A DNA stretch of 64,000 bases from Bugula neritina (Eukaryota > Animalia > Bryozoa): assembly GCA_964035545.1 (NCBI GenBank), contig CAXIUT010000073.1, forward strand, positions 186,001 through 250,000. Direction: 5' to 3'. Both the position numbers and the translations under genes were made by a program. Below the pieces are notes generated by a model. The model saw only the letters and a program-made list of their open reading frames with translations, did no database searches and was not told the origin of the DNA. The number at the start of each line of letters is the position of its first letter. Within the stretch, counting starts at the first letter, position 1. Shown piece by piece: positions 27,501-43,300 of the stretch.

Positions 27501-30500
27501 GCTACTTTGTGAAAATTGACAATGCATATTATTATTATTCATTGTTGAGATTCACGACTGCCATAAACAATGATAAAATATTCATTGTTGGTACTACTGA
27601 GTAGAATAAAATATAATATAATATTATTCTCTGGACAGATAAACAATATCAAATGCATAATATAACATTACCATAAATCTACGGCGCTTCACATCTTCAC
27701 CTTTTTCTGCAATGTTATTTCTTTGCAGTTAGAAGTACTAGCTGAATATATGACTATGAAACATAACCCTTCAATTTCATTGCACCAGCACCGATTTCAA
27801 TATAGGTGTGTTGGGAGTTATCTTTCCTGAAGTTTTGTTCTTGGTGTTTATTCGAAGCAGACACAGGCTAATATTAGTTTTGTTATTTGCAAGAGTTTTT
27901 CTGTCTGATTGTCCATCAGCAAAAGTTTGCGCCTTGCAGTTATTATGGAAATACCAGTGATGCTGGAAGACCTTTGCATTGTACACCCGCCTTTACTATT
28001 GAATTTAGATGTTTTATTTTCCCATCCGCTCTCCTGCCCCCCTGTCCCCTCTAACAACCAGCAATCCTGACTCATGTGAAATGTGTTATTAAGTTTTAGA
28101 GTTGGACCATGGGCCGACAGTATACGATTTGAAGCTTTATAGTTTACAGGCAGTGGAGATGAGTCACTGCTGAAACCCATTTTATTAGTAGACTATATTG
28201 CTCTTCAATCATCAGTTTTCATATTCAAAAAGAAAGCTCATCTGCAGCGCCATTTCACAGTGTTATATTTTGCTAGAGTAATAACTAATTTTAGATGCCT
28301 TTGCAAACATATGAGAAATAAATGAGTCATTTTATGAAAAGAGGTGTTTGCAGCAGTTGTCCACTTTTGATTTAGACGCGTCATGGAAACTTTTGTAGTT
28401 TTAAATAATATCTCCAAACTCATCACTTGCATGTGTTTATATACTTGATAAAGTTTTTCATGCAAAACTTGATGCCTGCTTCAAAGACACCAGTGCTTAA
28501 AACTGTGTTAACTGTATTGGCACGTTGCCATGAGATATTTGGTTATATTTAGCATCACAACATACTCTTCAGAAAGTTAAGAAAATCAGTCTATAGAAAG
28601 GTAATGAAATAAACCTACCAGAGAGAGTAAGCCAGATGTAACAAGTAGATCCAAAACAAGTTGATTAACAATTGAAGTTGAATTCTCCATGTAGTGAATA
28701 CTTTAGTCCTAATGTCAAATGCAAACGTCTGCAACCAAATTGTGTAGACTTCATGAGCTGGTTAGCTGACAGGACTCATTAAAGTTCTTAACTGTTGTGT
28801 GTATAGTGATGCCCATCTTGAACTAGAGAGGGCTGACGGAAGACTGCTACTTTGTGAAAATTGACAATGCATATTATTATTATTCATTGTTGAGATTCAC
28901 GACTGCCATAAACAATGATAAAATATTCATTGTTGGTACTACTGAGTAGAATAAAATATAATATAATATTATTCTCTGGACAGATAAACAATATCAAATG
29001 CATATTATAACATTACCATAAATCTACGGCGCTTGACATCTTCACTTTTTTCTGCAATGTTATTTCTTTGCAGTTAGAAGTACTAGCTGAATATATGACT
29101 ATGAAACATAACCCTTCAATTTCATTGCACCAGCACCGATTTCAATGTAGGTGTGTTGGGAGTTATCTTTCCTAAAGTTTTGTTCTTGGTGTTTATTCGA
29201 AGCAGACACAGGCTAATATTAGTTTTGTTATTTGCAAGAGTTTTTCTGTCTGATTGTCCATCAGCAAAAGTTTGCGCCTTGCAGTTATTATGGAAATACC
29301 AGTGATGCTGGAAGACCTTTGCATTGTACACCCGCCTTTACTATTGAATTTAGATGTTTTATTTTCCCATCCCCTCTCCTGCCCCCCTGTCCCCTCTAAC
29401 AACCAGCAATCCTGACTCATGTGAAATGTGTTATTAAGTTTTAGAGTTGGACCATGGGCCTACAGTATACGATTTGAAGCTTTATAGTTTACAGGCAGTG
29501 GAGATGAGTCACTGCTGAAACCCATTTTATTAGTAGACTATATTGCTCTTCAATCATCAGTTTGCATATTAAAACAGAAAGCTCATCTGCAGCGCCATTT
29601 CACAGTGTTAAATTTTGCTAGAGTAAAAATTAATTTTAGATGTCTTTGCAAACATATGAGAAATAAATGAGTCATTTTATGAAAAGAGGGGTTTGCAGCA
29701 GTTGTCCACTTTTGATTTAGACGCGTCATGGAAACTTTTGTAATTTTAAATAATATCTCCAAACTCATCACTTGCATGTGTTTATATACTTGATAAAGTT
29801 TTTCATGCAAAACTTGATGCCTGCTTCAAAGACACCAGTGCTTAAATACTGTGTTAACTGTATTGGCACGTTGCCATGAGATATTTGGTAATATTTAGCA
29901 TCACAACATACTCTTCAGAAAGTTAAGAAAATCAGTCTATAGAAAGTTAATGAAATAAACCTACCAGAGAGAGTAAGCCAGATGTAACAAGTAGATCCAA
30001 AACAAGTTGATTAACAATTGAAGTTGAATTCTCCATGTAGTGAATACTTTAGTCCTAATGTCAAATGCAAACGTCTGCAACCAAATTGTGTAGACTTCAT
30101 GAGCTGGTTAGCTGACAGGACTCATTAAAGTTCTTAACTGTTGTGTGTATAGTGATGCCCATCTTGAACTAGAGAGGGCTGACGGAAGACTGCTACTTTG
30201 TGAAAATTGACAATGCATATTATTATTATTCATTGTTGAGATTCACGACTGCCATAAACAATGATAAAATATTCATTGTTGGTACTACTGAGTAGAATAA
30301 AATATAATATAATATTATTCTCTGGACAGATAAACAATATCAAATGCATAATATAACATTACCATAAATCTACGGCGCTTCACATCTTCACCTTTTTCTG
30401 CAATGTTATTTCTTTGCAGTTAGAAGTACTAGCTGAATATATGACTATGAAACATAACCCTTCAATTTCATTGCACCAGCACCGATTTCAATATAGGTGT

Positions 30501-30928
30501 GTTGGGAGTTATCTTTCCTGAAGTTTTGTTCTTGGTGTTTATTCGAAGCAGACACAGGCTAATATTAGTTTTGTTATTTGCAAGAGTTTTTCTGTCTGAT
30601 TGTCCATCAGCAAAAGTTTGCGCCTTGCAGTTATTATGGAAATACCAGTGATGCTGGAAGACCTTTGCATTGTACACCCGCCTTTACTATTGAATTTAGA
30701 TGTTTTATTTTCCCATCCGCTCTCCTGCCCCCCTGTCCCCTCTAACAACCAGCAATCCTGACTCATGTGAAATGTGTTATTAAGTTTTAGAGTTGGACCA
30801 TGGGCCTACAGTATACGATTTGAAGCTTTATAGTTTACAGGCAGTGGAGATGAGTCACTGCTGAAACCCATTTTATTAGTAGACTATATTGCTCTTCAAT
30901 CATCAGTTTGCATATTAAAACAGAAAGC
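21514..30928. repeat. Nested 3-mer (4033 bp) and 2-mer (2691 bp) higher-order duplications, units 17-23
   Basis: AGAAAGGTAATG occurs in units 17, 20 and 22. AGATGTCTTT, TTAAATACTG, TTCCTGAAG and ATCCGCTC occur in units 18, 21 and 23. GCTTGACATC occurs at ~26340 and ~29031, 2691 bp apart. Confidence 0.85.
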
Positions 30929-33900
30929 TCATCTGCAGCGCCATTTCACAGTGTTAAATTTTGCTAGAGTAAAAATTAATTTTAGATGCCTTTGCAAACA
31001 TATGAGAAATAAATGAATCATTTTATGAAAAGAGGTGTTTGCAGCAGTTGTCCACTTTTGATTTAGACGCGTCATGGAAACTTTTGTAGTTTTAAATAAT
31101 ATCTCCAAACTCATCACTTGCATGTGTTTATATACTTGATAAAGTTTTTCATGCAAAACTTGATGCCTGCTTCAAAGACACCAGTGCGTAAATACTGTGT
31201 TAACTGTATTGGCACGTTGCCATGAGATATTTGGTAATATTTAGCATCACAACATACTCTTCAGAAAGTTAAGAAAATCAGTCTATAGAAAGTTAATGAA
31301 ATAAACCTACCAGAGAGAGTAAGCCAGATGTAACAAGTAGATCCAAAACAAGTTGATTAACAATTGAAGTTGAATTCTCCATGTAGTGAATACTTTAGTC
31401 CTAATGTCAAATGCAAACGTCTGCAACCAAATTGTGTAGACTTCATGAGCTGGTTAGCTGACAGGACTCATTAAAGTTCTTAACTGTTGTGTGTATAGTG
31501 ATGCCCATCTTGAACTAGAGAGGGCTGACTGAAGACTGCTACTTTGTGAAAATTGACAATGCATATTATTATTATTCATTGTTGAGATTCACGACTGCCA
31601 TAAACAATGATAAAATATTCATTGTTGGTACTACTGAGTAGAATAAAATATAATATAATATTATTCTCTGGACAGATAAACAATATCAAATGCATATTAT
31701 AACATTACCATAAATCTACGGCGCTTCACATCTTCACCTTTTTCTGCAATGTTATTTCTTTGCAGTTAGAAGTACTAGCTGAATATATGACTATGAAACA
31801 TAACCCTTCAATTTCATTGCACCAGCACCGATTTCAATATAGGTGTGTTGGGAGTTATCTTTCCTAAAGTTTTGTTCTTGGTGTTTATTCGAAGCAGACA
31901 CAGGCTAATATTAGTTTTGTTATTTGCAAGAGTTTTTCTGTCTGATTGTCCATCAGCAAAAGTTTGCGCCTTGCAGTTATTATGGAAATACCAGTGATGC
32001 TGGAAGACCTTTGCATTGTACACCCGCCTTTACTATTGAATTTAGATGTTTTATTTTCCCATCCCCTCTCCTGCCCCCCTGTCCCCTCTAACAACCAGCA
32101 ATCCTGACTCATGTGAAATGTGTTATTAAGTTTTAGAGTTGGACCATGGGCCTACAGTATACGATTTGAAGCTTTATAGTTTACAGGCAGTGGAGATGAG
32201 TCACTGCTGAAACCCATTTTATTAGTAGACTATATTGCTCTTCAATCATCAGTTTTCATATTCAAAGAGAAAGCTCATCTGCAGCGCCATTTCACAGTGT
32301 TATATTTTGCTAGAGTAATAACTAATTTTAGATGCCTTTGCAAACATATGAGAAATAAATGAGTCATTTTATGAAAAGAGGTGTTTGCAGCAGTTGTCCA
32401 CTTTTGATTTAGACGCGTCATGGAAACTTTTGTAGTTTTAAATAATATCTCCAAACTCATCACTTGCATGTGTTTATATACTTGATAAAGTTTTTCATGC
32501 AAAACTTGATGCCTGCTTCAAAGACACCGGTGCTTAATTACTGTATTAACTGTATTGGCACGTTGCCATAAGATATTTGGTAATATTTCGCATCACAACA
32601 AACTCTTCAGAAAGTTAAGAAAATCAGTCTAGAAAGTTACTGAAATAAACCTACCAGAGAGAGTAAGCCAGATGTAACAAGTAGATCCAAAACAAGTTGA
32701 TTAACAATTGAAGTTGAAATCTCCATGTAGTCAACACTTTAGTCCTAATGTCAAATGCAAACGTCTGCAACCAAACTGTGTAGACTTCATGGGCTGGTTA
32801 GCTGACAGGACTCATTAAAGTTCTTAACTGTTGTGTGTATAGTGATGCCCTTCTTAAACTAGAGGGGGCTGACTGAAGACTGCTACTTTGTGAAAATTGA
32901 CAATGCATATTATTATTATTCATTGTTGAGATTCACGACTGCCATAAACAATGATAAAATATTCATTGTTGGTACTACTGAGTAGAATAAAATATAATAT
33001 AATATTATTCTCTGGACAGATAAACAATATCAAATGCATATTATAACATTACCATAAATCTACGGCGCTTCACATCTTCACTTTTTTCTGCAATGTTATT
33101 TCTTTGCAGTTAGAAGTACTAGCTGAATATATGACTATGAAACATAACCCTTCAATTTCATTGCACCAGCACCGATTTCAATATAGGTGTGTTGGGAGTT
33201 ATCTTTCCTGAAGTTTTGTTCTTGGTGTTTATTCGAAGCAGACACAGGCTAATATTAGTTTTGTTATTTGCAAGAGTTTTTCTGTCTGATTGTCCATCAG
33301 CAAAAGTTTGCGCCTTGCAGTTATTATGGAAATACCAGTGATGCTGGAAGACCTTTGCATTGTACACCCGCCTTTACTATTGAATTTAGATGTTTTATTT
33401 TCCCATCCGCTCTCCTGCCCCCCTGTCCCCTCTAACAACCAGCAATCCTGACTCATGTGAAATGTGTTATTAAGTTTTAGAGTTGGACCATGGGCCTACA
33501 GTATACGATTTGAAGCTTTATAGTTTACAGGCAGTGGAGATGAGTCACTGCTGAAACCCATTTTATTAGTAGACTATATTGCTCTTCAATCATCAGTTTG
33601 CATATTAAAACAGAAAGCTCATCTGCAGCGCCATTTCACAGTGTTAAATTTTGCTAGAGTAAAAATTAATTTTAGATGCCTTTGCAAACATATGAGAAAT
33701 AAATGAATCATTTTATGAAAAGAGGTGTTTGCAGCAGTTGTCCACTTTTGATTTAGACGCGTCATGGAAACTTTTGTAGTTTTAAATAATATCTCCAAAC
33801 TCATCACTTGCATGTGTTTATATACTTGATAAAGTTTTTCATGCAAAACTTGATGCCTGCTTCAAAGACACCAGTGCTTAAATACTGTGTTAACTGTATT

Positions 33901-36900
33901 GGCACGTTGCCATGAGATATTTGGTAATATTTAGCATCACAACATACTCTTCAGAAAGTTAAGAAAATCAGTCTATAGAAAGTTAATGAAATAAACCTAC
34001 CAGAGAGAGTAAGCCAGATGTAACAAGTAGATCCAAAACAAGTTGATTAACAATTGAAGTTGAATTCTCCATGTAGTGAATACTTTAGTCCTAATGTCAA
34101 ATGCAAACGTCTGCAACCAAATTGTGTAGACTTCATGAGCTGGTTAGCTGACAGGACTCATTAAAGTTCTTAACTGTTGTGTGTATAGTGATGCCCATCT
34201 TGAACTAGAGAGGGCTGACTGAAGACTGCTACTTTGTGAAAATTGACAATGCATATTATTATTATTCATTGTTGAGATTCACGACTGCCATAAACAATGA
34301 TAAAATATTCATTGTTGGTACTACTGAGTAGAATAAAATATAATATAATATTATTCTCTGGACAGATAAACAATATCAAATGCATATTATAACATTACCA
34401 TAAATCTACGGCGCTTCACATCTTCACTTTTTTCTGCAATGTTATTTCTTTGCAGTTAGAAGTACTAGCTGAATATATGACTATGAAACATAACCCTTCA
34501 ATTTCATTGCACCAGCACCGATTTCAATATAGGTGTGTTGGGAGTTATCTTTCCTAAAGTTTTGTTCTTGGTGTTTATTCGAAGCAGACACAGGCTAATA
34601 TTAGTTTTGTTATTTGCAAGAGTTTTTCTGTCTGATTGTCCATCAGCAAAAGTTTGCGCCTTGCAGTTATTATGGAAATACCAGTGATGCTGGAAGACCT
34701 TTGCATTGTACATCCGCCTTTACTATTGAATTTAGATGTTTTATTTTCCCATCCCCTCTCCTGCCCCCCTGTCCCCTCTAACAACCAGCAATCCTGACTC
34801 ATGTGAAATGTGTTATTAAGTTTTAGAGTTGGACCATGGGCCTACAGTATACGATTTGAAGCTTTATAGTTTACAGGCAGTGGAGATGAGTCACTGCTGA
34901 AACCCATTTTATTAGTAGACTATATTGCTCTTCAATCATCAGTTTGCATATTAAAACAGAAAGCTCATCTGCAGCGCCATTTCACAGTGTTAAATTTTGC
35001 TAGAGTAAAAATTAATTTTAGATGTCTTTGCAAACATATGAGAAATAAATGAGTCATTTTATGAAAAGAGGGGTTTGCAGCAGTTGTCCACTTTTGATTT
35101 AGACGCGTCATGGAAACTTTTGTAATTTTAAATAATATCTCCAAACTCATCACTTGCATGTGTTTATATACTTGATAAAGTTTTTCATGCAAAACTTGAT
35201 GCCTGCTTCAAAGACACCAGTGCTTAAATACTGTGTTAACTGTATTGGCACGTTGCCATGAGATATTTGGTAATATTTAGCATCACAACATACTCTTCAG
35301 AAAGTTAAGAAAATCAGTCTATAGAAAGTTAATGAAATAAACCTACCAGAGAGAGTAAGCCAGATGTAACAAGTAGATCCAAAACAAGTTGATTAACAAT
35401 TGAAGTTGAATTCTCCATGTAGTGAATACTTTAGTCCTAATGTCAAATGCAAACGTCTGCAACCAAATTGTGTAGACTTCATGAGCTGGTTAGCTGACAG
35501 GACTCATTAAAGTTCTTAACTGTTGTGTGTATAGTGATGCCCATCTTTAACTAGAGAGGGCTGACGGAAGACTGCTACTTTGTGAAAATTGACAATGCAT
35601 ATTATTATTATTCATTGTTGAGATTCACGACTGCCATAAACAATGATAAAATATTCATTGTTGGTACTACTGAGTAGAATAAAATATAATATAATATTAT
35701 TCTCTGGACAGATAAACAATATCAAATGCATAATATAACATTACCATAAATCTACGGCGCTTCACATCTTCACCTTTTTCTGCAATGTTATTTCTTTGCA
35801 GTTAGAAGTACTAGCTGAATATATGACTATGAAACATAACCCTTCAATTTCATTGCACCAGCACCGATTTCAATATAGGTGTGTTGGGAGTTATCTTTCC
35901 TAAATTTTTGTTCTTGGCGTTTATACGAAACAGACACAGGCTAATATTAGTTTTGTTATTTGCAAGAGTTTTTCTGTCTGATTGTCCATCAGCAAAAGTT
36001 TGCGCCTTGCAGTTATTATGGAAATACCAGTGATGCTGGAAGACCTTTGCATTGTACACCCGCCTTTACTATTGAATTTAGATGTTTTATTTTCCCATCC
36101 CCTCTCCTGCCCCCCTGTCCCCTCTAACAACCAGCAATCCTGACTCATGTGAAATGTGTTATTAAGTTTTAGAGTTGGACCATGGGCCTACAGTATACGA
36201 TTTGAAGCTTTATAGTTTACAGGCAGTGGAGATGAGTCACTGCTGAAACCCATTTTATTAGTAGACTATATTGCTCTTCAATCATCAGTTTGCATATTAA
36301 AACAGAAAGCTCATCTGCAGCGCCATTTCACAGTGTTAAATTTTGCTAGAGTAAAAATTAATTTTAGATGCCTTTGCAAACATATGAGAAATAAATGAGT
36401 CATTTTATGAAAAGAGGTGTTTGCAGCAGTTGTCGACTTTTGATTTAGACGCGTCATGGAAACTTTTGTAGTTTTAAATAATATCTCCAAACTCATCACT
36501 TGCATGTGTTTATATACTTGATAAAGTTTTTCATGCAAAACTTGATGCCTGCTTCAAAGACACCAGTGCTTAAAACTGTGTTAACTGTATTGGCACGTTG
36601 CCATGAGATATTTGGTTATATTTAGCATCACAACATACTCTTCAGAAAGTTAAGAAAATCAGTCTATAGAAAGTTAATGAAATAAACCTACCAGAGAGAG
36701 TAAGCCAGATGTAACAAGTAGATCCAAAACAAGTTGATTAACAATTGAAGTTGAAATCTCCATGTAGTCAACACTTTAGTCCTAATGTCAAATGCAAACG
36801 TCTGCAACCAAACTATGTAGACTTCATGGGCTGGTTAGCTGACAGGACTCATTAAAGTTCTTAACTGTTGTGTGTATAGTGATGCCCTTCTTGAACTAGA

Positions 36901-39900
36901 GAGGGCTGACTGAAGACTGCTACTTTGTGAAAATTGACAATGCATAATATTATTATTCATTGTTGAGATTCACGACTGCCATAAACAATGATAAAATATT
37001 CATTGTTGGTACTACTGAGTAGAATAAAATATAATATAATATTATTCTCTGGACAGATAAACAATATCAAATGCATAATATAACATTACCATAAATCTAC
37101 GGCGCTTCACATCTTCACCTTTTTCTGCAATGTTATTTCTTTGCAGTTAGAAGTACTAGCTGAATATATGACTATGAAACATAACCCTTCAATTTCATTG
37201 CACCAGCACCGATTTCAATATAGGTGTGTTGGGAGTTATCTTTCCTAAAGTTTTGTTCTTGGTGTTTATTCGAAGCAGACACAGGCTAATATTAGTTTTG
37301 TTATTTGCAAGAGTTTTTCTGTCTGATTGTCCATCAGCAAAAGTTTGCGCCTTGCAGTTATTATGGAAATACCAGTGATGCTGGAAGACCTTTGCATTGT
37401 ACACCCGCCTTTACTATTGAATTTAGATGTTTTATTTTCCTATCCCCTCTCCTGCCCCCCTGTCCCCTCTAACAACCAGCAATCCTGACTCATGTGAAAT
37501 GTGTTATTAAGTTTTAGAGTTGGACCATGGGCCTACAGTATACGATTTGAAGCTTTATAGTTTACAGGTAGTGGAGATGAGTCACTGCTGAAACCCATTT
37601 TATTAGTAGACTATATTGCTCTTCAATCATCAGTTTGCATATTAAAACAGAAAGCTCATCTGCAGCGCCATTTCACAGTGTTAAATTTTGCCAGAGTAAA
37701 AACTAATTTTAGATGCCTTTGCAAACATATGAGAAATAAATGAGTCATTTTATGAAAAGAGGTGTTTGCAGCAGTTGTCCACTTTTGATTTAGACGCGTC
37801 ATGGAAACTTTTGTAGTTTTAAATAATATCTCCAAACTCATCACTTGCATGTGTTTATATACTTGATAAAGTTTTTCATGCAAAACTTGATGCCTGCTTC
37901 AAAGACACCAGTGCTTAAAACTGTGTTAACTGTATTGGCACGTTGCCATGAGATATTTGGTTATATTTAGCATCACAACATACTCTTCAGAAAGTTAAGA
38001 AAATCAGTCTATAGAAAGTTAATGAAATAAACCTACCAGAGAGAGTAAGCCAGATGTAACAAGTAGATCCAAAACAAGTTGATTAACAATTGAAGTTGAA
38101 TTCTCCATGTAGTGAATACTTTAGTCCTAATGTCAAATGCAAACGTCTGCAACCAAATTGTGTAGACTTCATGAGCTGGTTAGCTGACAGGACTCATTAA
38201 AGTTCTTAACTGTTGTGTGTATAGTGATGCCCATCTTGAACTAGAGAGGGCTGACGGAAGACTGCTACTTTGTGAAAATTGACAATGCATATTATTATTA
38301 TTCATTGTTGAGATTCACGACTGCCATAAACAATGATAAAATATTCATTGTTGGTACTACTGAGTAGAATAAAATATAATATAATATTATTCTCTGGACA
38401 GATAAACAATATCAAATGCATATTATAACATTACCATAAATCTACGGCGCTTCACATCTTCACTTTTTTCTGCAATGTTATTTCTTTGCAGTTAGAAGTA
38501 CTAGCTGAATATATGACTATGAAACATAACCCTTCAATTTCATTGCACCAGCACCGATTTCAATATAGGTGTGTTGGGAGTTATCTTTCCTAAAGTTTTG
38601 TTCTTGGTGTTTATTCGAAGCAGACACAGGCTAATATTAGTTTTGTTATTTGCAAGAGTTTTTCTGTCTGATTGTCCATCAGCAAAAGTTTGCGCCTTGC
38701 AGTTATTATGGAAATACCAGTGCTGCTGGAAGACCTTTGCATTGTACACCCGCCTTTACTATTGAATTTAGATGTTTTATTTTCCCATCCCCTCTCCTGC
38801 CCCCCTGTCCCCTCTAACAACCAGCAATCCTGACTCATGCGAAATGTGTTATTAAGTTTTAGAGTTGGACCATGGGCCTACAGTATACGATTTGAAGCTT
38901 TATAGTTTACAGGCAGTGGAGATGAGTCACTGCTGAAACCCATTTTATTAGTAGACTATATTGCTCTTCAATCATCAGTTTTCATATTCAAAGAGAAAGC
39001 TCATCTGCAGCGCCATTTCACAGTGTTATATTTTGCTAGAGTAATAACTAATTTTAGATGCCTTTGCAAACATATGAGATATAAATGAGTCGTTTTATGA
39101 AAAGAGGTGTTTGCAGCAGTTGTCCACTTTTGATTTAGACGCGTCATGGAAACTTTTGTAGTTTTAAATAATATCTCCAAACTCATCACTTGCATGTGTT
39201 TATATACTTGATAAAGTTTTTCATGCAAAACTTGATGCCTGCTTCAAAGACACCAGTGCTTAAAACTGTGTTAACTGTATTGGCAAGTTGCCATGAGATA
39301 TTTGGTTATATTTAGCATCACAACATACTCTTCAGAAAGTTAAGAAAATCAGTCTATAGAAAGTTAATGAAATAAACCTACCAGAGAGAGTAAGCCAGAT
39401 GTAACAAGTAGATCCAAAACAAGTTGATTAACAATTGAAGTTGAATTCTCCATGTAGTGAATACTTTAGTCCTAATGTCAAATGCAAACGTCTGCAACCA
39501 AATTGTGTAGACTTCATGAGCTGGTTAGCTGACAGGACTCATTAAAGTTCTTAACTGTTGTGTGTATAGTGATGCCCATCTTGAACTAGAGAGGGCTGAC
39601 GGAAGACTGCTACTTTGTGAAAATTGACAATGCATATTATTATTATTCATTGTTGAGATTCACGACTGCCATAAACAATGATAAAATATTCATTGTTGGT
39701 ACTACTGAGTAGAATAAAATATAATATAATATTATTCTCTGGACAGATAAACAATATCAAATGCATATTATAACATTACCATAAATCTACGGCGCTTCAC
39801 ATCTTCACTTTTTTCTGCAATGTTATTTCTTTGCAGTTAGAAGTACTAGCTGAATATATGACTATGAAACATAACCCTTCAATTTCATTGCACCAGCACC

Positions 39901-40345
39901 GATTTCAATATAGGTGTGTTGGGAGTTATCTTTCCTAAAGTTTTGTTCTTGGTGTTTATTCGAAGCAGACACAGGCTAATATTAGTTTTGTTATTTGCAA
40001 GAGTTTTTCTGTCTGATTGTCCATCAGCAAAAGTTTGCGCCTTGCAGTTATTATGGAAATACCAGTGCTGCTGGAAGACCTTTGCATTGTACACCCGCCT
40101 TTACTATTGAATTTAGATGTTTTATTTTCCCATCCCCTCTCCTGCCCCCCTGTCCCCTCTAACAACCAGCAATCCTGACTCATGCGAAATGTGTTATTAA
40201 GTTTTAGAGTTGGACCATGGGCCTACAGTATACGATTTGAAGCTTTATAGTTTACAGGCAGTGGAGATGAGTCACTGCTGAAACCCATTTTATTAGTAGA
40301 CTATATTGCTCTTCAATCATCAGTTTTCATATTCAAAGAGAAAGC

Positions 40346-43300
40346 TCATCTGCAGCGCCATTTCACAGTGTTATATTTTGCTAGAGTAATAACTAATTTT
40401 AGATGCCTTTGCAAACATATGAGATATAAATGAGTCGTTTTATGAAAAGAGGTGTTTGCAGCAGTTGTCCACTTTTGATTTAGACGCGTCATGGAAACTT
40501 TTGTAGTTTTAAATAATATCTCCAAACTCATCACTTGCATGTGTTTATATACTTGATAAATTTTTTCATGCAAAACTTGATGCCTGCTTCAAAGACACCA
40601 GTGCTTAATTACTGTGTTAACTGTATTGGCACGTTGCCATAAGACATTTGGTAATATTTCGCATCACAACAAACTCTTCAGAAAGTTAAGAAAATCAGTC
40701 TAGAAAGTTACTGAAATAAACCTACCAGAGAGAGTAAGCCAGATGTAACAAGTAGATCCAAAACAAGTTGATTAACAATTGAAGTTGAATTCTCCATGTA
40801 GTGAATACTTTAGTCCTAATGTCAAATGCAAACGTCTGCAACCAAATTGTGTAGACTTCATGAGCTGGTTAGCTGACAGGACTCATTAAAGTTCTTAACT
40901 GTTGTGTGTATAGTGATGCCCATCTTGAACTAGAGAGGGCTGACTGAAGACTGCTACTTTGTGAAAATTGACAATGCATATTATTATTATTCATTGTTGA
41001 GATTCACGACTGCCATAAACAATGATAAAATATTCATTGTTGGTACTACTGAGTAGAATAAAATATAATATAATATTATTCTCTGGACAGATAAACAATA
41101 TCAAATGCATATTATAACATTACCATAAATCTACGGCGCTTCACATCTTCACTTTTTTCTGCAATGTTATTTCTTTGCAGTTAGAAGTACTAGCTGAATA
41201 TATGACTATGAAACATAACCCTTCAATTTCATTGCACCAGCACCGATTTCAATATAGGTGTGTTGGGAGTTATCTTTCCTAAAGTTTTGTTCTTGGTGTT
41301 TATTCGAAGCAGACACAGGCTAATATTAGTTTTGTTATTTGCAAGAGTTTTTCTGTCTGATTGTCCATCAGCAAAAGTTTGCGCCTTGCAGTTATTATGG
41401 AAATACCAGTGATGCTGGAAGACCTTTGCATTGTACACCCGCCTTTACTATTGAATTTAGATGTTTTATTTTCCCATCCGCTCTCCTGCCCCCCTGTCCC
41501 CTCTAACAACCAGCAATCCTGACTCATGTGAAATGTGTTATTAAGTTTTAGAGTTGGACCATGGGCCTACAGTATACGATTTGAAGCTTTATAGTTTACA
41601 GGCAGTGGAGATGAGTCACTGCTGAAACCCATTTTATTAGTAGACTATATTGCTCTTCAATCATCAGTTTTCATATTCAAAGAGAAAGCTCATCTGCAGC
41701 GCCATTTCACAGTGTTATATTTTGCTAGAGTAATAACTAATTTTAGATGCCTTTGCAAACATATGAGAAATAAATGAGTCATTTTATGAAAAGAGGTGTT
41801 TGCAGCAGTTGTCCACTTTTGATTTAGACGCGTCATGGAAACTTTTGTAGTTTTAAATAATATCTCCAAACTCATCACTTGCATGTGTTTATATACTTGA
41901 TAAATTTTTTCATGCAAAACTTGATGCCTGCTTCAAAGACACCAGTGCTTAATTACTGTATTAACTGTATTGGCACGTTGCCATAAGATATTTGGTAATA
42001 TTTCGCATCACAACAAACTCTTCAGAAAGTTAAGAAAATCAGTCTAGAAAGTTACTGAAATAAACCTACCAGAGAGAGTAAGCCAGATGTAACAAGTAGA
42101 TCCAAAACAAGTTGATTAACAATTGAAGTTGAATTCTCCATGTAGTGAATACTTTAGTCCTAATGTCAAATGCAAACGTCTGCAACCAAATTGTGTAGAC
42201 TTCATGAGCTGGTTAGCTGACAGGACTCATTAAAGTTCTTAACTGTTGTGTGTATAGTGATGCCCATCTTGAACTAGAGAGGGCTGACTGAAGACTGCTA
42301 CTTTGTGAAAATTGACAATGCATATTATTATTATTCATTGTTGAGATTCACGACTGCCATAAACAATGATAAAATATTCATTGTTGGTACTACTGAGTAG
42401 AATAAAATATAATATAATATTATTCTCTGGACAGATAAACAATATCAAATGCATATTATAACATTACCATAAATCTACGGCGCTTCACATCTTCACTTTT
42501 TTCTGCAATGTTATTTCTTTGCAGTTAGAAGTACTAGCTGAATATATGACTATGAAACATAACCCTTCAATTTCATTGCACCAGCACCGATTTCAATATA
42601 GGTGTGTTGGGAGTTATCTTTCCTAAAGTTTTGTTCTTGGTGTTTATTCGAAGCAGACACAGGCTAATATTAGTTTTGTTATTTGCAAGAGTTTTTCTGT
42701 CTGATTGTCCATCAGCAAAAGTTTGCGCCTTGCAGTTATTATGGAAATACCAGTGATGCTGGAAGACCTTTGCATTGTACACCCGCCTTTACTATTGAAT
42801 TTAGATGTTTTATTTTCCCATCCCCTCTCCTGCCCCCCTGTCCCCTCTAACAACCAGCAATCCTGACTCATGTGAAATGTGTTATTAAGTTTTAGAGTTG
42901 GACCATGGGCCTACAGTATACGATTTGAAGCTTTATAGTTTACAGGCAGTGGAGATGAGTCACTGCTGAAACCCATTTTATTAGTAGACTATATTGCTCT
43001 TCAATCATCAGTTTGCATATTAAAACAGAAAGCTCATCTGCAGCGCCATTTCACAGTGTTAAATTTTGCTAGAGTAAAAATTAATTTTAGATGTCTTTGC
43101 AAACATATGAGAAATAAATGAGTCATTTTATGAAAAGAGGGGTTTGCAGCAGTTGTCCACTTTTGATTTAGACGCGTCATGGAAACTTTTGTAATTTTAA
43201 ATAATATCTCCAAACTCATCACTTGCATGTGTTTATATACTTGATAAAGTTTTTCATGCAAAACTTGATGCCTGCTTCAAAGACACCAGTGCTTAAATAC